Part shown: piece by piece, positions 13,494-26,338 of the stretch
How the letters are laid out: every line of letters begins with the position of its first letter
Position numbering within the stretch: position 1 is the first letter of the stretch
NCBI GenBank assembly: GCA_965153455.1
Contig: OZ234493.1
Location: forward strand, 9,786,213 to 9,850,212
Origin: Sphagnum compactum
Taxonomy: Eukaryota
Direction of reading: 5' to 3'
DNA length: 64,000 bases
The notes under the pieces: generated by a model
The model's database searches: none
Told to the model about the DNA's origin: nothing
The model's input: the letters and a program-made list of their open reading frames with translations, nothing else
Program-made: the position numbers and the translations under genes

Positions 13494-16400
13494 GGGATTT
13501 TGATTCAGTAGTTTGGATTCCCAGATATTATGTTTTTTTCACTCACAACTTTATTGCCAATGATTGTTTCTGCTAAACATGTGGGTCACCACACTCAGTA
13601 GATTTGTAATGTTAGGTCTAATTTTTATGTTTCAGGTATGATGATGAGAAGAAGCTGGGTATTGCTATTGCTGAACAAGGTTTTTCAGTGACCAGTCTCT
13701 GTAGATCAGAGGCTGATAGTTAGTACAATTTCTCTATATGGGGTTGAGAAGTGAGCAAATGTTTGTATACCCTCTACCCCCTTGATTCATATCTCAAAGT
13801 ACCACTGCATGTAGGAGGATTTTGATCAACTGTTGTAGCTATGTGTGTCATCAAAGGATGGTAGATCATGCTGAAGGTTGTAGTTACATTTCATGGTAAA
13901 CTGCAGAAGAACAATTTCAATTGTTCCCATATTCAACCCACTCGACTGTCTAATGTTGTTCATTATGTTTGCAGTCTGTTTTTAATGTGCTTTGACCTTG
14001 TAGCTGGTGGCAACAAGCAAAATGGTTTGGAGATACAATCCCCTGTATTCATAGCTTTGTTTGGGACAATAATATTTATAAGTAGTTAGAACTTTGCTTA
14101 CTTTCACCAGAAAGATTTGTGTGTGTTGGGACTGTCCTTGGCTTTAGCACGAAAGTTCTATTACTTCTAGTCAAATGTAGAGTCCTTTTTGTCTGCAGTG
14201 TGCTGAGTTTGTCAACATCAAAAGTTTTGTTGCAGTAAAATGCTTCTAGTTCATTTCTCAGTCACAAAGTTGGTAAAGTTTTGACTTGTAAATCCCGAGT
14301 GAACAGAAACATATGAATGTTTTCAACACATTATGGAATCTATGATTGCATTTCTTCCTGTGCATTCTTCAGGAGGATACAGCTCTGCTTTGTTGTCTCT
14401 AATTGTGGTTGCATGACAGGAATTGAATTGGTATTCTGGGCTAGTAATATGTACTGACAACTGACCTTTGTTTTTGTGTTGCTGAAAACTGATGATCTTG
14501 TTCTGAAGTGTGTATTGTCCGCAGGCTTGGTGTCTGCTCGTTGTGGTTTCCAAACTTGTGGTCTCTCTCCATTGTCATTGGTACTCAAGGCAGGTGAGTT
14601 TATCAGCCCTTCTCATCATGTATTCCTTTGATACAAAAGACTTCTGAAAGAAAAAAGATCAAATCTCAAGTAACTGGATCAATACTACTGGTACAATTCA
14701 GGCTTAAGAGTAATAAACAAAAGAGTCTACAACACGATATGTGTTTTTTTCCTGTGGTTGTGGGATGCAGGATGTTCTGTGATTGGTGGCTTGTCAAGGT
14801 CTGTTCTAGTTGAGTCCCAGTAAACATCATGACTGAGTCTTCCTGTTGCTTCTAGAAATATGACAGAAACCCAGGAGACAGATTTTATATAATGATTTGA
14901 TGAAGATTTTGGGCAGAGTATTATATACTTATCTACACCCACTATTGGGAGGTAATGAAGTCAGAGGGTAGTCATTGCTGGTCTTCACTGCTATGTTTGA
15001 CAAAGGCGACAGTCAGATACTTTGTGAGCAACTCTCATAAGGTTATGAATACACTTGCTATCATGTCACCCTCAAATTGTTGTTGTGGAGATTTCTCTGC
15101 GATTTCATAGACATGGTCTGTTTGTGCACTGGACCAACCTGACCCATGAGCTTCATCATCAGTCCTCATTGAATACATAGGTATTCGTATACGATGCTGT
15201 GCCCAGATCAATGAACACTCTTGATAGTTCCTTCAAGTTACTTATGTATGTCTTAATATTAGGTTGAAGTTCATCAATGCATTTCTCCACATAATTTCAT
15301 TAACAGAAAATTGTTGCAACAGCTTACCCTACCACATAAAATGTGTCTATGTTGTATAGGTAACTGAAGTGGAAGGCAGAAGTAATATACAACAGTACAA
15401 TTTTCTTAACCAACAGAAAATTCAATCAGAGGTGCATATCATACCTGTAGGTGGATGGTGCAATTGAACTTGTGGACTGATGCAACGAGAGAGAAGAATA
15501 AAACAATTGCTGATGCTTTCCACCATAGCATTGGAGCTCCATGGGTCTGGACCTGGAATCCCAAGGCAAGCACTTGGATTATGGTTAGGAAGAAATTCAA
15601 CATGCAAGCACATCTACCTGCAGCTAGCACCAGGGAACACTCACGCAACAATAGCAGTGCAAGCTCCATCACAGGACTGGTGGTAGGTTTGACTGAAAAC
15701 CAAATGTTATGGTCAATCAATTTGATCTGTGGGCAACTGCTGTGTCTGTAAGATTGCAGAGAAATTCCATAACACTTACGAGGTTGCAGAGAGATCTTGA
15801 CAACAAGAGTTAATGAAGTTTAGAAGATAATCAGTGCACTCGTAACCTCATGAGACTGTTGCTCATGTCAGACATTTGTCTTCATCAATCCTAAGGGCGA
15901 TACAGCATCATTGGATGAGAAGATGATGCAATGGTAGTTTGGAAACCACCAAGTACCTGTAAGTTCTTGAACTGGTCTCATCACGCAATTGAATTCCTCA
16001 TAAAGTTTTGTATGAGTGATTTTGAAGAATAGAAATTGCTATTTCCATAGCAATCTCCTATTTTCAACTACAGCAGTAGATTGAACTGCTCTTGCACCTT
16101 GACCTCAAACAGTGATTCATGCAACTGTGGCATCTTCATGGATGAGAAATATGATTCATCCATTGACAGCCATAAGCCTCATCCAAACATTAGACCCATC
16201 AAACTAAATCATCAGCCAATAACTACTTGACCACTTGGATTATTACCTCTGCATTAATATCGTGTGGCAGATTATGTCATTGTTTTCAACAGAACTACAA
16301 CATGATCTTCCAATGAGGATCATAAATGTTTAGGGTAGAAATGTCTATCACCAAACACTTAAAAGATTGGAGCCTTTCTAGCAACTTGGGTGTTCTCCTG

Positions 16401-17364
16401 GTATTGATATCCAAAACAAAATTGTGCTCCATCTAGTTGTGCACCTCTTGCCATTTGAATCATTCAATTTGGTAAAGAAACAAAAAAGTTATGATTTTTC
16501 TAAGTAAAAAACCTCCTTTCTTTGGATACAAATCTTATCAAACATTAAAACCATTGATGAACAAACACATGCACACCTATGGATGAGCAATGTGAACTTG
16601 ACACATGTCAAGTTCTCACTTATAACCAAACTGGATGAATGTTAAAAACATTCAATTTCTTGTTCAAAATGGTTCATCATACACCGACAGCTATGATCAA
16701 AACTTGAAAGAAGGGTTTTTGAACTACGGTCTTAGGAATGCAATAGTTTACTAACCCTAAAATATTGAACGGGTAACCCTAATTGAGTGAGTAGCTGGAG
16801 GCGCCATCACTTTACAAGCTCAAGTTTGGAATGTGGTGTCCTTTTTTTTCACTTCCAACCTTTTCAGAGCTTTCTCTTCCAAGCTCTGGAGAGCTATCTC
16901 TCTTCCAAGCCTTGGAAAGTTGTCCATAAACCTCTTCCTATCCTTCTTTGAGACCTTGTTCTAAAAGCATCTCTAATTAACGTTGTATTATAGCCTTGTG
17001 TTGTAGCATGCGGGAAAACACCAATGTGTGTGCATGTGGGAAGACACTAGCATAGGGAGTAGGGCAACAATCCTTCAAGCGATGATCCTCCTTCGAAATT
17101 ATTTTGATAAGTGATCCTTTTCTGATCCTCCTTGTGCGTGTGTATTTTTTGACTATGTTTCATAGCCTCTATGTGTGTCTTGCCCTCCTCTGATCCTCCT
17201 TTGCAATGCCACACTAGCACGTGTGCATGTGGGAAGACACTCTATGCATGCCCTGCCTTCCTCCTTTAGTGTGTGTGTGTTTTCTAACCCTATTTCACAA
17301 CCTTTGTGTGTGCCTTGCCCTCTTCTAATCCTCCTTCGAGTTTTTTTTATAAGTGTTAACAAGA

Positions 17365-17795
17365 AAAAGATGTGTGTGTGTGTGCACGTGCATGCGTGCT
17401 TGGGTGTGTGTGTGTGTGTCCTTTCCATCCTTCGTCTTTGTGTGTGTGTGTGTGTGTGTTGGCCTACCCTGTTTCTAGTCTATGTGTCTATGTGTCCTGC
17501 CCTATTTCTAACCTCTATTTGAATGTGTGTGTCTTGTCTTGCCATGTTTCCAACCTTCCCAAAACTTGGAAAAAATATTCTCCTTTGTGTGTATGTGTGT
17601 ATGTGTGTGTTTTGCCCTACTTTGTTTCCAACCCTTTGTGTGTGGCTTTTGTCCCTGTGTGTGTCTTGCCTTGTTTCTAGCCTTCCCAAAACTTGGAACA
17701 AAACTTGTTGCCCTATTTCCAACCTTCCCAAAACTTGTTACCCTGTTTTTAGCCTTCCCAAAACTTGTTGTGTGTTGCCCTGTTTCCAAAATTGC
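17365..17795. repeat. (GT)n microsatellites and CCTTCCCAAAACTTG short repeats inside the pogo element
   Basis: TG runs at 17371-17460. CCTTCCCAAAACTTG occurs four times between 17554 and 17770. Confidence 0.85.
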
Positions 17796-18299
17796 TCCCT
17801 TATGATCCTATTGCTATGATGATCCCAACTTGCAAGCACTTGTTGTGATCCTCAAAAACTTAGAGATTGGTTGATGCATTCATGGCAACAAGCTCAGGCT
17901 TTTCACGTTCTCTTGTAGGTAGTTGATACATTCATGGTAACAAGCTCAAGTTTTTCACATTTTTTTGTAGGTGGTGCTGCTCTCTCGACTGCTGCCTTCC
18001 TACTTGAGCTTCTTGCTCTCTTCATTGTTGTTGTTGCATTCCTACAGGAAATTCATGCTTTCTTACAATAGTTGGTTGTTGCAGTCCTGCTACATCACAT
18101 CTCCTACCCAACATCCGAGCTTTTGTCTTTGCTCTAACCTCCCTCTGCTCTGGTGTTGTATTGCCAAAATTCAAATTGTTGGAAAGAGGCACTTGGGCTA
18201 GCACATCAGCTATAATCTACTTGTGCAATCTATCTCCCGTTTCCCTCACATTTGTAGGAGACCAAGTACTATTAAAGATTGCTCTTTCTTATATCTTAA

Positions 18300-20070
18300 T
18301 TTGCCCTTAGATCCTCATGATATTTGCATTTATTGCTATAGTTGCTTATTGTGTGGTCCTAGCTTCCTTCTCATGTCTTTTGATTTCCCTTTCTTTGTCC
18401 GCTACTTCTTTTTGCATAACTTTTTGACATAGAATGCCCAAGTATTGGTATGATGTAACAACATGAGACTTGGAGTAGTCTACTAATGGTTTTGTCCTTC
18501 TTGTTCTCCTTGTAGGCAAGCTTGGTAGCAACAACATGTTGGCAATAGGGAACACTTGTGGAATTCAGGCTATGTATTTTGTACTTCAACTATTTTAGCT
18601 GCTAGTTCTTGGGCAAAGCTGGCTTCAATTATTAGTTTTTGGGTAGGGTTAGCAAGGCAAACAACTTCAGCTTCCATGTTGGTTTCACTTGACCTGTGTA
18701 TTCTTGTTGTACCATGTTCATATCTAGGTTCATGGACATAGTATCATGTTGTTGATTGCAAAAGATCATCTTGGGTAGATTCACTTTCATTTTGCGAAGT
18801 TGTAACGATATTGATTATTTTTGCTACAACTATATCTTCACCCCATTGGCTGCCATCTACTGCTCCTTTTGATTGTCCATCTTCATCATTTGATATGTCC
18901 AAATTTGATTCTATTGTATATAGTTTGCTAGGTCTACTTCGGTTATCCATTGCCCTAGGGTTTAAAGGCCATATCCCTATGGTTTTGAACCCTACGCTGA
19001 TGTTTTGCTTGGATAACAACTGATTGAGTGTTCTATCCACCCAACCTACTAATGTAACCTTGTCTAGCTTTCTATGGTTGTTCCTGAACATGCTCTCATC
19101 TCTTTCTTTTTCAAAAGCAGCTAACATCTAAAGGTTGTAGAACATGGGAAATGTGGGATGGAAAGGTAATCATATCTAGCCCTACCTCATATGCTTGCTC
19201 GATTGTTTCTAGAGTAACATGTGATCACATAGAATTCTAGAATTAAAAGGTGCCTATTCTATTGAGACAAACCTCTTGGTACTAATCGAATAAAGAAAGA
19301 AAGAAATTGCTTGAACAAATAACATGTCATCCATGTTTTTTTTTGCATTGCCTTACAAGATCCCAACTTACATTGTTGAATGTAATCCTTTCAAATCCTC
19401 TCACCTTTTGAAAATGTAAAAGCTAAGAAGAACACCTCTAAATGAATTTACTACACAATTGATTGTCATCTATTCCCTTGACTTTGGTATTGTGTTGTAG
19501 ACTTTTTGTGATCCCCTTTTTACAAGCACTCATGCGCCAAATTGCCTACCAACCTTAATACTAGTTTCATCACAATTTCATATGTGGTTTGGAAGATAAT
19601 TATGTTTGTTGTATAGTGGTTACAAATTCTCATAGAAAGAATTGTAGGCAGTTGGGGTTAGTCCTTGTGCCTTGGAAATATCCAATCCTTCTGCCAGGCG
19701 AATGGATATTTTAGGGTGGTTTCGCTTCAACTAGTGCCACCATGAGGTTCCAAGGATGCCATTTTTGAATGGTGCTGCACGGGTCTGTGTTAATTCTACC
19801 ACTTTGAATTTCAACTTGATGTAATGAGATTGACAGGCCACATTCCTGCATGCCAAATACCCATTCAACGACTGCTACCTCTTCATCAATTGATAAGACT
19901 CCAAGTGGGCCATGTTTTCTTGATGTAGTCTTGCTGGTGAAATGGTCTAATAGGCTTGTCAAAGGTATGTTCCAATATTGACTTGCTTTTCTCAACGACA
20001 TAAACCCTCTTTCAATTGTGTCCATGGCCTCTTCTAAGTCTTCAGTTCTCCAATTGCTTCTTGGACTAGT
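18300..20070 (-). pseudogene. pogo-like transposase pseudogene (HTH-psq/CENP-B-like DNA-binding region and DDE_1 domain)
   Basis: WRTEDLEEAMDTIERGFMSLRKASQYWNIP..L (psq-like HTH), CDETS (~19565), RHLLIL (~19245), HVLQPLDV (~19130) and NISVGFKTIGIWPLNP (ORF 18744-19127). Broken by frameshifts and stops. Confidence 0.85.
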
Positions 20071-22459
20071 CAGTTCCTAAGAACCCTTGTTGACTTCTGT
20101 CGTGGTTGTGACTTAAGTTGAGGAGGTGTGTTTTTTTTGTTAGGTGCTAGCTGATTTAGCACGCTGCCCCTCCTCCTTTGTCGTACATTGAAGTTCACGG
20201 CTGGTTGGACCCCCTAGAACCAAACCTCCACCAAATTAGAAGTTCTCATGCATTACCAACAAGAGGTATGCCTTTGTTCTTCTTAAAATCAGACCATGAA
20301 TACAAAAACTCAATTAGTTCAGGGTAAATAACTTGTGCATATTGTTCTTTTTTTCTAGCATTTGAAATGAAATGGAACCAATTTTCAAATTTTGACCAAA
20401 CCAAGTTTTCATCTTTGGTTTTTGTGCATGTAGTTGGAATGAATCTTTGGCTACACAACTTTTCTACTACCCATTACTTGTGATTTCCCTTTCTCCTTTG
20501 AACCAAAGAACTATTCACAGATTTAACAACCCAACGATAGTATATATACTTGCTAAATTTTTCAATGTAAAATTTATTTATATATGAGAATATGGCCTCA
20601 TTAGATGTAGGATCTACTTTTAAATATGTGATCTCTTCTTTTACTTTCATTGGATGAAACACAACTTTGTTGGCCTTAGTTTCCTTCTCTACTTTACTTC
20701 TTGAATTGTTGTTTTGTAAGAACTAGCTTGCCCTTCATACAACAAAGACCTTAACCCTATAGCACTAGGAACTAGAAGCTCAAAAAGACTTTGCAATTCT
20801 TGCTCAACATGCTCTAGAATTTGGACATGCTTTCTCTCTTGATAGTGAAAACCCAAACTACACAATGCTAGCATACTTAGACAATCTTTAAATATCATGT
20901 GTGTGCAACTTTTGGCGGGAAAGTTTAATAGTTACAAGGGGTTGGGTATCCAGAGTAGGGGGTGGGCTTCTTTTGCCACACAATTGAATAGTCCTTACCC
21001 AATAATGAATTACACATGTTTACAAGTTTCACCTAGATTAATCCTTTCACCAAACACTTAATAATCCCAACCCCCACAACAATCTAGAAATGTCCCACAC
21101 CCTTCCCTATAATTAGGGTGTTCACATTTGTGTATTGAACATTGTAAACCCCAATCCTGAACCTAAAAGCATTTATTTCTAAACACTTACCAACCCATCT
21201 TTGTATCCCCATTGATTATTTGTGTTCATGGAGGTGGACATGCCAAAAGTCCTCACCCCCACAACCAACAACCCTAATTTATTAAAAGTGCAATATTTTG
21301 TTAAAATCGAATGGGATCACACCCATGACCAAACGTCTGTTCCTATCCACGGACAATTAAATGGAAAGACCAAACATTATTTTCCTTTTACCAATTGTTT
21401 GGTATTAGGGTAAAAGATGTACATATATATATGTGAATACTTTAATTTGTCATAAGGTTGATAGTGCTCAAAATGTGTGTTTGGTGATAGGCATTTCTAC
21501 CCTAATAGTGACCAAAATGTGCCTGTTGAACATAATTTTTTCTAAATGATTGAATCTGGCACCTGACTTTAAAAGTGGAATGACCTTGCCCTTGCCCATT
21601 ATGTTTGAGGCATCACCTAGCTTGCAATTTTAATACCATTGTTTACAAGCTGTCAAGTTAGTGCACACAATTGGAATTCTTTTTCATCTTTACTGGTTCT
21701 CCCTGCCTCAACATGAATATCCATCCATATGACTTGTGAAAGAATGCAAATGGGATTTGGAGAAGCTTGCAACCCTTGAGTCTTTCTAATTCACAAATCC
21801 TACAAAACTCTTCCCTACAAATGTTGCAATCCAAGTCCAAAACAGCCAATTTATAATCATGCTGACAATACCTGACATCTGTCGTCTGACTGAACTTTTC
21901 ACCAATGTTACAGAACACACTCATCTACGGATCTGTCATATTTCAAATTACATGTAACATTGGATTTGTTTTGCCAATGTTGTATAGGAATCATCAGACA
22001 ATCACCCAAATGGCATTTAACAGTTCATAGTCCACAAAAGGAGTAATGACCTTCAAGAGGAATTCCCTCAGGTGTTTAAAAAAACACAAAACCACTATTC
22101 ACCAATTCTTTGTGCAAATTCAAAAAACGTCTAAGGCAATACATGATTCAGATTTTCAAGGTTGTAGAGCATTAAAAGAAAAATGTAATCTGACTCTTGA
22201 TGTTTTAGAGTGACCAGGCTGCTTAATTTTGAATGTAGTGAAAGAGGAGGTTGGGGTGCTGATTTTTGCAGCTGAAGGCTACCTAAGAGCCAGAGTTGCT
22301 TTGTGATAACAAACCAGCCTGAATATACATTGCACATCAACTGATTGATTAAAAATCCATGACAACTTAGGCACAAGGAAATGAGAACTATATACACGTG
22401 CGATGATACTGTCTGGGAGCCACCATGCACACAGGTAACTAATTTGACAACTGAGGTGG

Positions 22460-22935
22460 CCATTACCACAAGAAACACAATATGTTTCTTGTCCACAGAG
22501 CTTATTGCACAGCCTATGTCCTTCTGTGCAAAAATACTCAAAATGGGCTCTACACCAGTGTACAGCTTGTAACAAGCCTTGATGTAGAACTTCAAACCAA
22601 CTGTCGAGCAATTGCATGTATCCACCAACATAAACTCAGTGGACTCAAATCTTGATAGGGATTGGCTTCCATGTCCATTTGTGGTCACAGAAGTTGAGCC
22701 AAGCAACCACATGGATGCATGGGAAAAAACTACCACAAGAAATATGCAAATATGTCTCCAACCCATAGAGCTTATTGCAAAGTCTATTTGTCCTTGTGTG
22801 CTCACAGCACAAAAATACTCAAAATGGGTCTACATCAGTGTACAGCTTGCAACATTCCTTGCTGCAGAACCTCAAACCAACCAGAGCAGTTGCATGTCCA
22901 CCAAAATAAACTCAGGTTCAATTGAATCTTGAGAA
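22460..22935. repeat. Diverged tandem duplication, unit about 270 bp
   Basis: The string TACCACAAGAAA..AGAGCTTATTGCA..AAAATACTCAAAATGGG..CAGTGTACAGCTTG..TCCACCAA.ATAAACTCAG occurs at ~22464-22640 and again at ~22731-22915. Confidence 0.85.
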
Positions 22936-23204
22936 AATAGGCTTTCAGGTCAATTATGGTGAAGGACGTCGAATAGAGCAATCAGCACAGATGGATCGGA
23001 GAAAGCAACTGCAAGAATACCCAAGTCCACATATCAAAAAGTGTCGAGAAACACATTTCGTGTGTGCGTCTATACTTCCATGTAACAATTTAGATTGATA
23101 TAGACTTAACAAGACAAAGCAAAGCTTGGCAAGAGGACAGCAGAGAAAAGGGCACCCATAAGTCTCCACAAACACAAAGCATAACATGAAATTCAACTAC
23201 AGCC

Positions 23205-25164
23205 TTACACAAGACTAATGCATTTGTAATCCATCTGCAAGGAACTAATATAGGTTGGAAGGATGGCAATTTTAGACAGTGGGACATACCTGCTTGTATC
23301 TCTGTTCATATATCTGTGATGTTTTACAAGCCTGTTGTCCTCTGTTTCGTTCTCCATTCTTGAGAAGGATTGGTTTCTCAAGAGTTGCTGTGAAGGGTTT
23401 CTGGAAAAGCCAATGCGTCGTGAGTTTCTACTGGATGTTGCCATGTTCTTCAACCAGGGGTCAGGTGTCACAGCTGATGTGGAAGTTGTACAGCTGCTGA
23501 ATATAAATCGTTTAGCTATTCGGCTTGCAGTTACTACTTCTGCCTTTGCTTGCCTCAACTGCAAAAAAAAGAAACATTTTCAACTACCTGCCATCAAATA
23601 CCATAACCAGATTTGGTCACCATCCAGGTTACATCATTCTCAAAAGTATCACTCCATGTGATCTCTCTGGACCATTGAGGCTATAGAGCTTTGTGATCCA
23701 AATGTCAAAGCAAAAACAAAATGTCACAAGGCAACATGTTTGCTGATTAAGCTTCCAGGTCGTGAAACACAATTACTTCCATGACTAAACCCAACTCCAA
23801 TCATATGACAATCCTCTTGCCTCTCCAACACTGGAGCACGAAACTCCTGCACAAGTAGGAAAAAAGAATAACTGCACCTTTTCCATGGTGTTCCCAGCAG
23901 CTTCAACAGCTGCTTCACCAGCATTAGCAAACCTGTTTACCCACACTGCCCATAATCCACCCATCAAAACACACGTCATTCAGCTCCATTTGGATCTCAC
24001 ATACAAATTCAACTGTGAAACTATTATGAGGGTATTTTAAAGAAACTACAGCTGAAAATGCACTCATGCATACTAAACATAAACTAACCTAAAGCAGTAT
24101 ATTGCATGGAGACAGCATGCAGTCACAGTGCCCCTATCTACTTCACCAGACCAGTTTCCCAGAAGTCAAAAGGTTGCAAAAGAACATTAACAAAACCTAA
24201 AGTAGAATGCCATACATGCAGTAACTATTTCTTTGCTTTCGCCTCTAACTTGCCCTGACTAGCAACTCAAGATGACAAATAAAGTACCAGAATCAATATG
24301 AGAAAGGCCTTACATGGAAGCTTTGGGACACCAAGCCTTTCACACAAGGCATCACAGAAGTGGTTGCAGTTGCGGGAGAGTGGATCATAAGAGGAGCCAT
24401 TCCACTCACGGCTGAGCTCTGACAAAATCTGGCCAATCCGTCTCCGTGACAAGAGGATATGTCCGAGTACAATACTTTCCCTATGTGTGTACATGGGGTT
24501 CATTGTCGGTGTACAACAGAACACACCAGTGCCAAACTCACAGTATCCAAATGACCATTCTTCACTATACACCTGCATAAAGAAGTACCCGAGCTCACTT
24601 TCAACACACAAACCCTTAGGGTTGCATAAGTTATGCAGTGTAACCTTCCCAATTGAGCCACAAAAATAGAGTTGTGTGGCATGGATGGACTCAGAGCTCT
24701 ACAGAAAAGTAGGCTCTCTGGAGCAAGAATACAAAACAATACTGCAGGTAGTTGGGTCACAAAACCAGCATTTTGGTGCATGGTGTTAGCTTGTGAAACC
24801 TAGGACATAGACAGTCAACTGTTCAGATACCCAATGAGTCTGCAACATGCACTGTGGAAATCAAAACTGTGTCTAGAATTCTCTTGATACATCCTGTCTG
24901 CTCACTCAGTGATAAACACTTCAAGGCAATCTTCTAGTCCTAACTTTTGTAAAGAACTTTTTCTTTTCTTTTTTTGCAAATATGGCGTTTCTTTGCCACA
25001 ATGAAGCCGTTGCAATATAAGTGACGGACCTGAATAGCACCGTGGAAAATGCCACCAATGCCCATACCATCGCGCAGTATCTTATTAAGTCTCCGAATGG
25101 TGGCGTTTGCACGTCCACTCCCGCTGTTCGTGACATCGTAGACATGTAGGACCACCTCCGTCAT
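23205..25164 (-). CDS. DeSI-like / PPPDE-family peptidase; exons 25164-25030, 24572-24314, 23945-23878, 23558-(23290 donor or 23205 stop)
   Basis: MTEVVLHVYDVT..GIGGIFHGAIQ|VYSEEWSFG..YDPLSRNCNHFCD..LP|LWVNRFANAG has the PPPDE catalytic His (FHG) and Cys (NCNHF). GT-AG introns with consistent phase. The last exon either reads to the stop at 23205 or splices at AG|GTATGT after 23290. Confidence 0.92.
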
Positions 25165-26338
25165 TCCTTGTTTTTTTCTCTTCTTTCTTTCTTGTGCCTC
25201 AAAAACCACAAGAAGACGTGGGAGGAGAAAACACAACCACCAAGCTGTACTGCTCTCTATTCACTTTCTTGGTCTCTGTTTCTGGAAACACAACAAAACA
25301 GCAAGCAAGAACAAAATGACAAAATGCTTTCAGGTTCTTCTTGCTCTTGTTGCAGCGAAAAAATTGCAACTACTTACACAAGCTCCTGTTCTTTCATCTC
25401 CATTTTCCTGTGTGTCTCATTGATTACCAAGCTCTGGTTCCTTGCCATTTCGTCCTTGAGTGTTTTTTTCTCAAGAAACCAAGAGAAGAAAAAGACACTA
25501 GAGAAACAACAAGGAACCAAAGAGAAAAAAGAAAACCGTCACAGGTCTCTCCATTCACTTTCTCACATGAACACAACAGAAGGAGAGAAGAAGAGAAACC
25601 ACAAAACAAAAAAAGGAAAAAAGACACAGACAGCGAACAAAAACGAACACTCATAGCACCACAACTTCTTATTTACTCTGCTGCTTCTCCTCTCTCTCTC
25701 TCTCTCTCTAGCTAACACACCAAAAGAGCTTTTGCAGCATTTTCTCACTTACTCGATTTTCGTTTGGTCGGAAGTATTGCCTGTGTCCTATTCCCCCATG
25801 TGCTCCTTTCTCCTCACGAGTTCTCACTCACTCAGTCCTTCCTTTCTCCCTTTCTCCTTTTCTTTCGTTTCTTCCCTCCTTCCGTTGAGCCTCATTTGCA
25901 CTCTGAAGACTGCAACTCCAATGCAAGAAGATCAGCATCACACTTGACTGGTTTGTCACAAGCAGCGTCCATAATTCCCTTGTAATAAAACAAAATCTTT
26001 TGTTTGTCCTCGTGCTCTTGTTGTTGTTGTTCTGCTTCCCTGGGACGCGCTGCGCCGCTGCTCCTCGTGCGCTTCTGCTCCCTGCAGCAGCTTCGTTGCT
26101 GCCACTGTGCTGTGCAGCAGCGCTTGTGGCGTTTGTTGGCAGACAGGAATCAAAGCGACACAAGACGAGAGAAGAAAGAGAGTAAGTACGTTAGTAAAGT
26201 TAACGTAAAGAGAGAGAAAAAGAAGCCAGCCTGACAGTAGCCTCTTCTTTTTTACATTCAAATTAATTTTTACCCTTTACAGTACGTAAGGTAAAAAGAG
26301 AGCCTCCCACAAAGGAAAACAGACTTCAGCCGGGTACC

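Larger units (their letters stand above)
16333..21502 (-). mobile_element. Full-length but decayed pogo/Fot1-like (Tc1/mariner superfamily, DDE_1-type) DNA transposon with 26-bp TIRs, flanked by TA
   Basis: Left TIR GGGTAGAAATGTCTATCACCAAACAC (16333-16358) matches the reverse complement of 21477-21502 at 25/26 positions. TA lies at 16331-16332 and 21503-21504. Transposase remnants lie inside on the - strand. Confidence 0.9.

Noticed and set aside
14300..16330. Possible pseudogene (NLHNNNL LRR-like string on the - strand near 15075)
   Set aside because: A single short motif followed by a stop; no sustained frame or exon chain.
17153..17819. Cys/Val-rich and Thr/His-rich ORFs
   Set aside because: Translations of (GT)n microsatellites.
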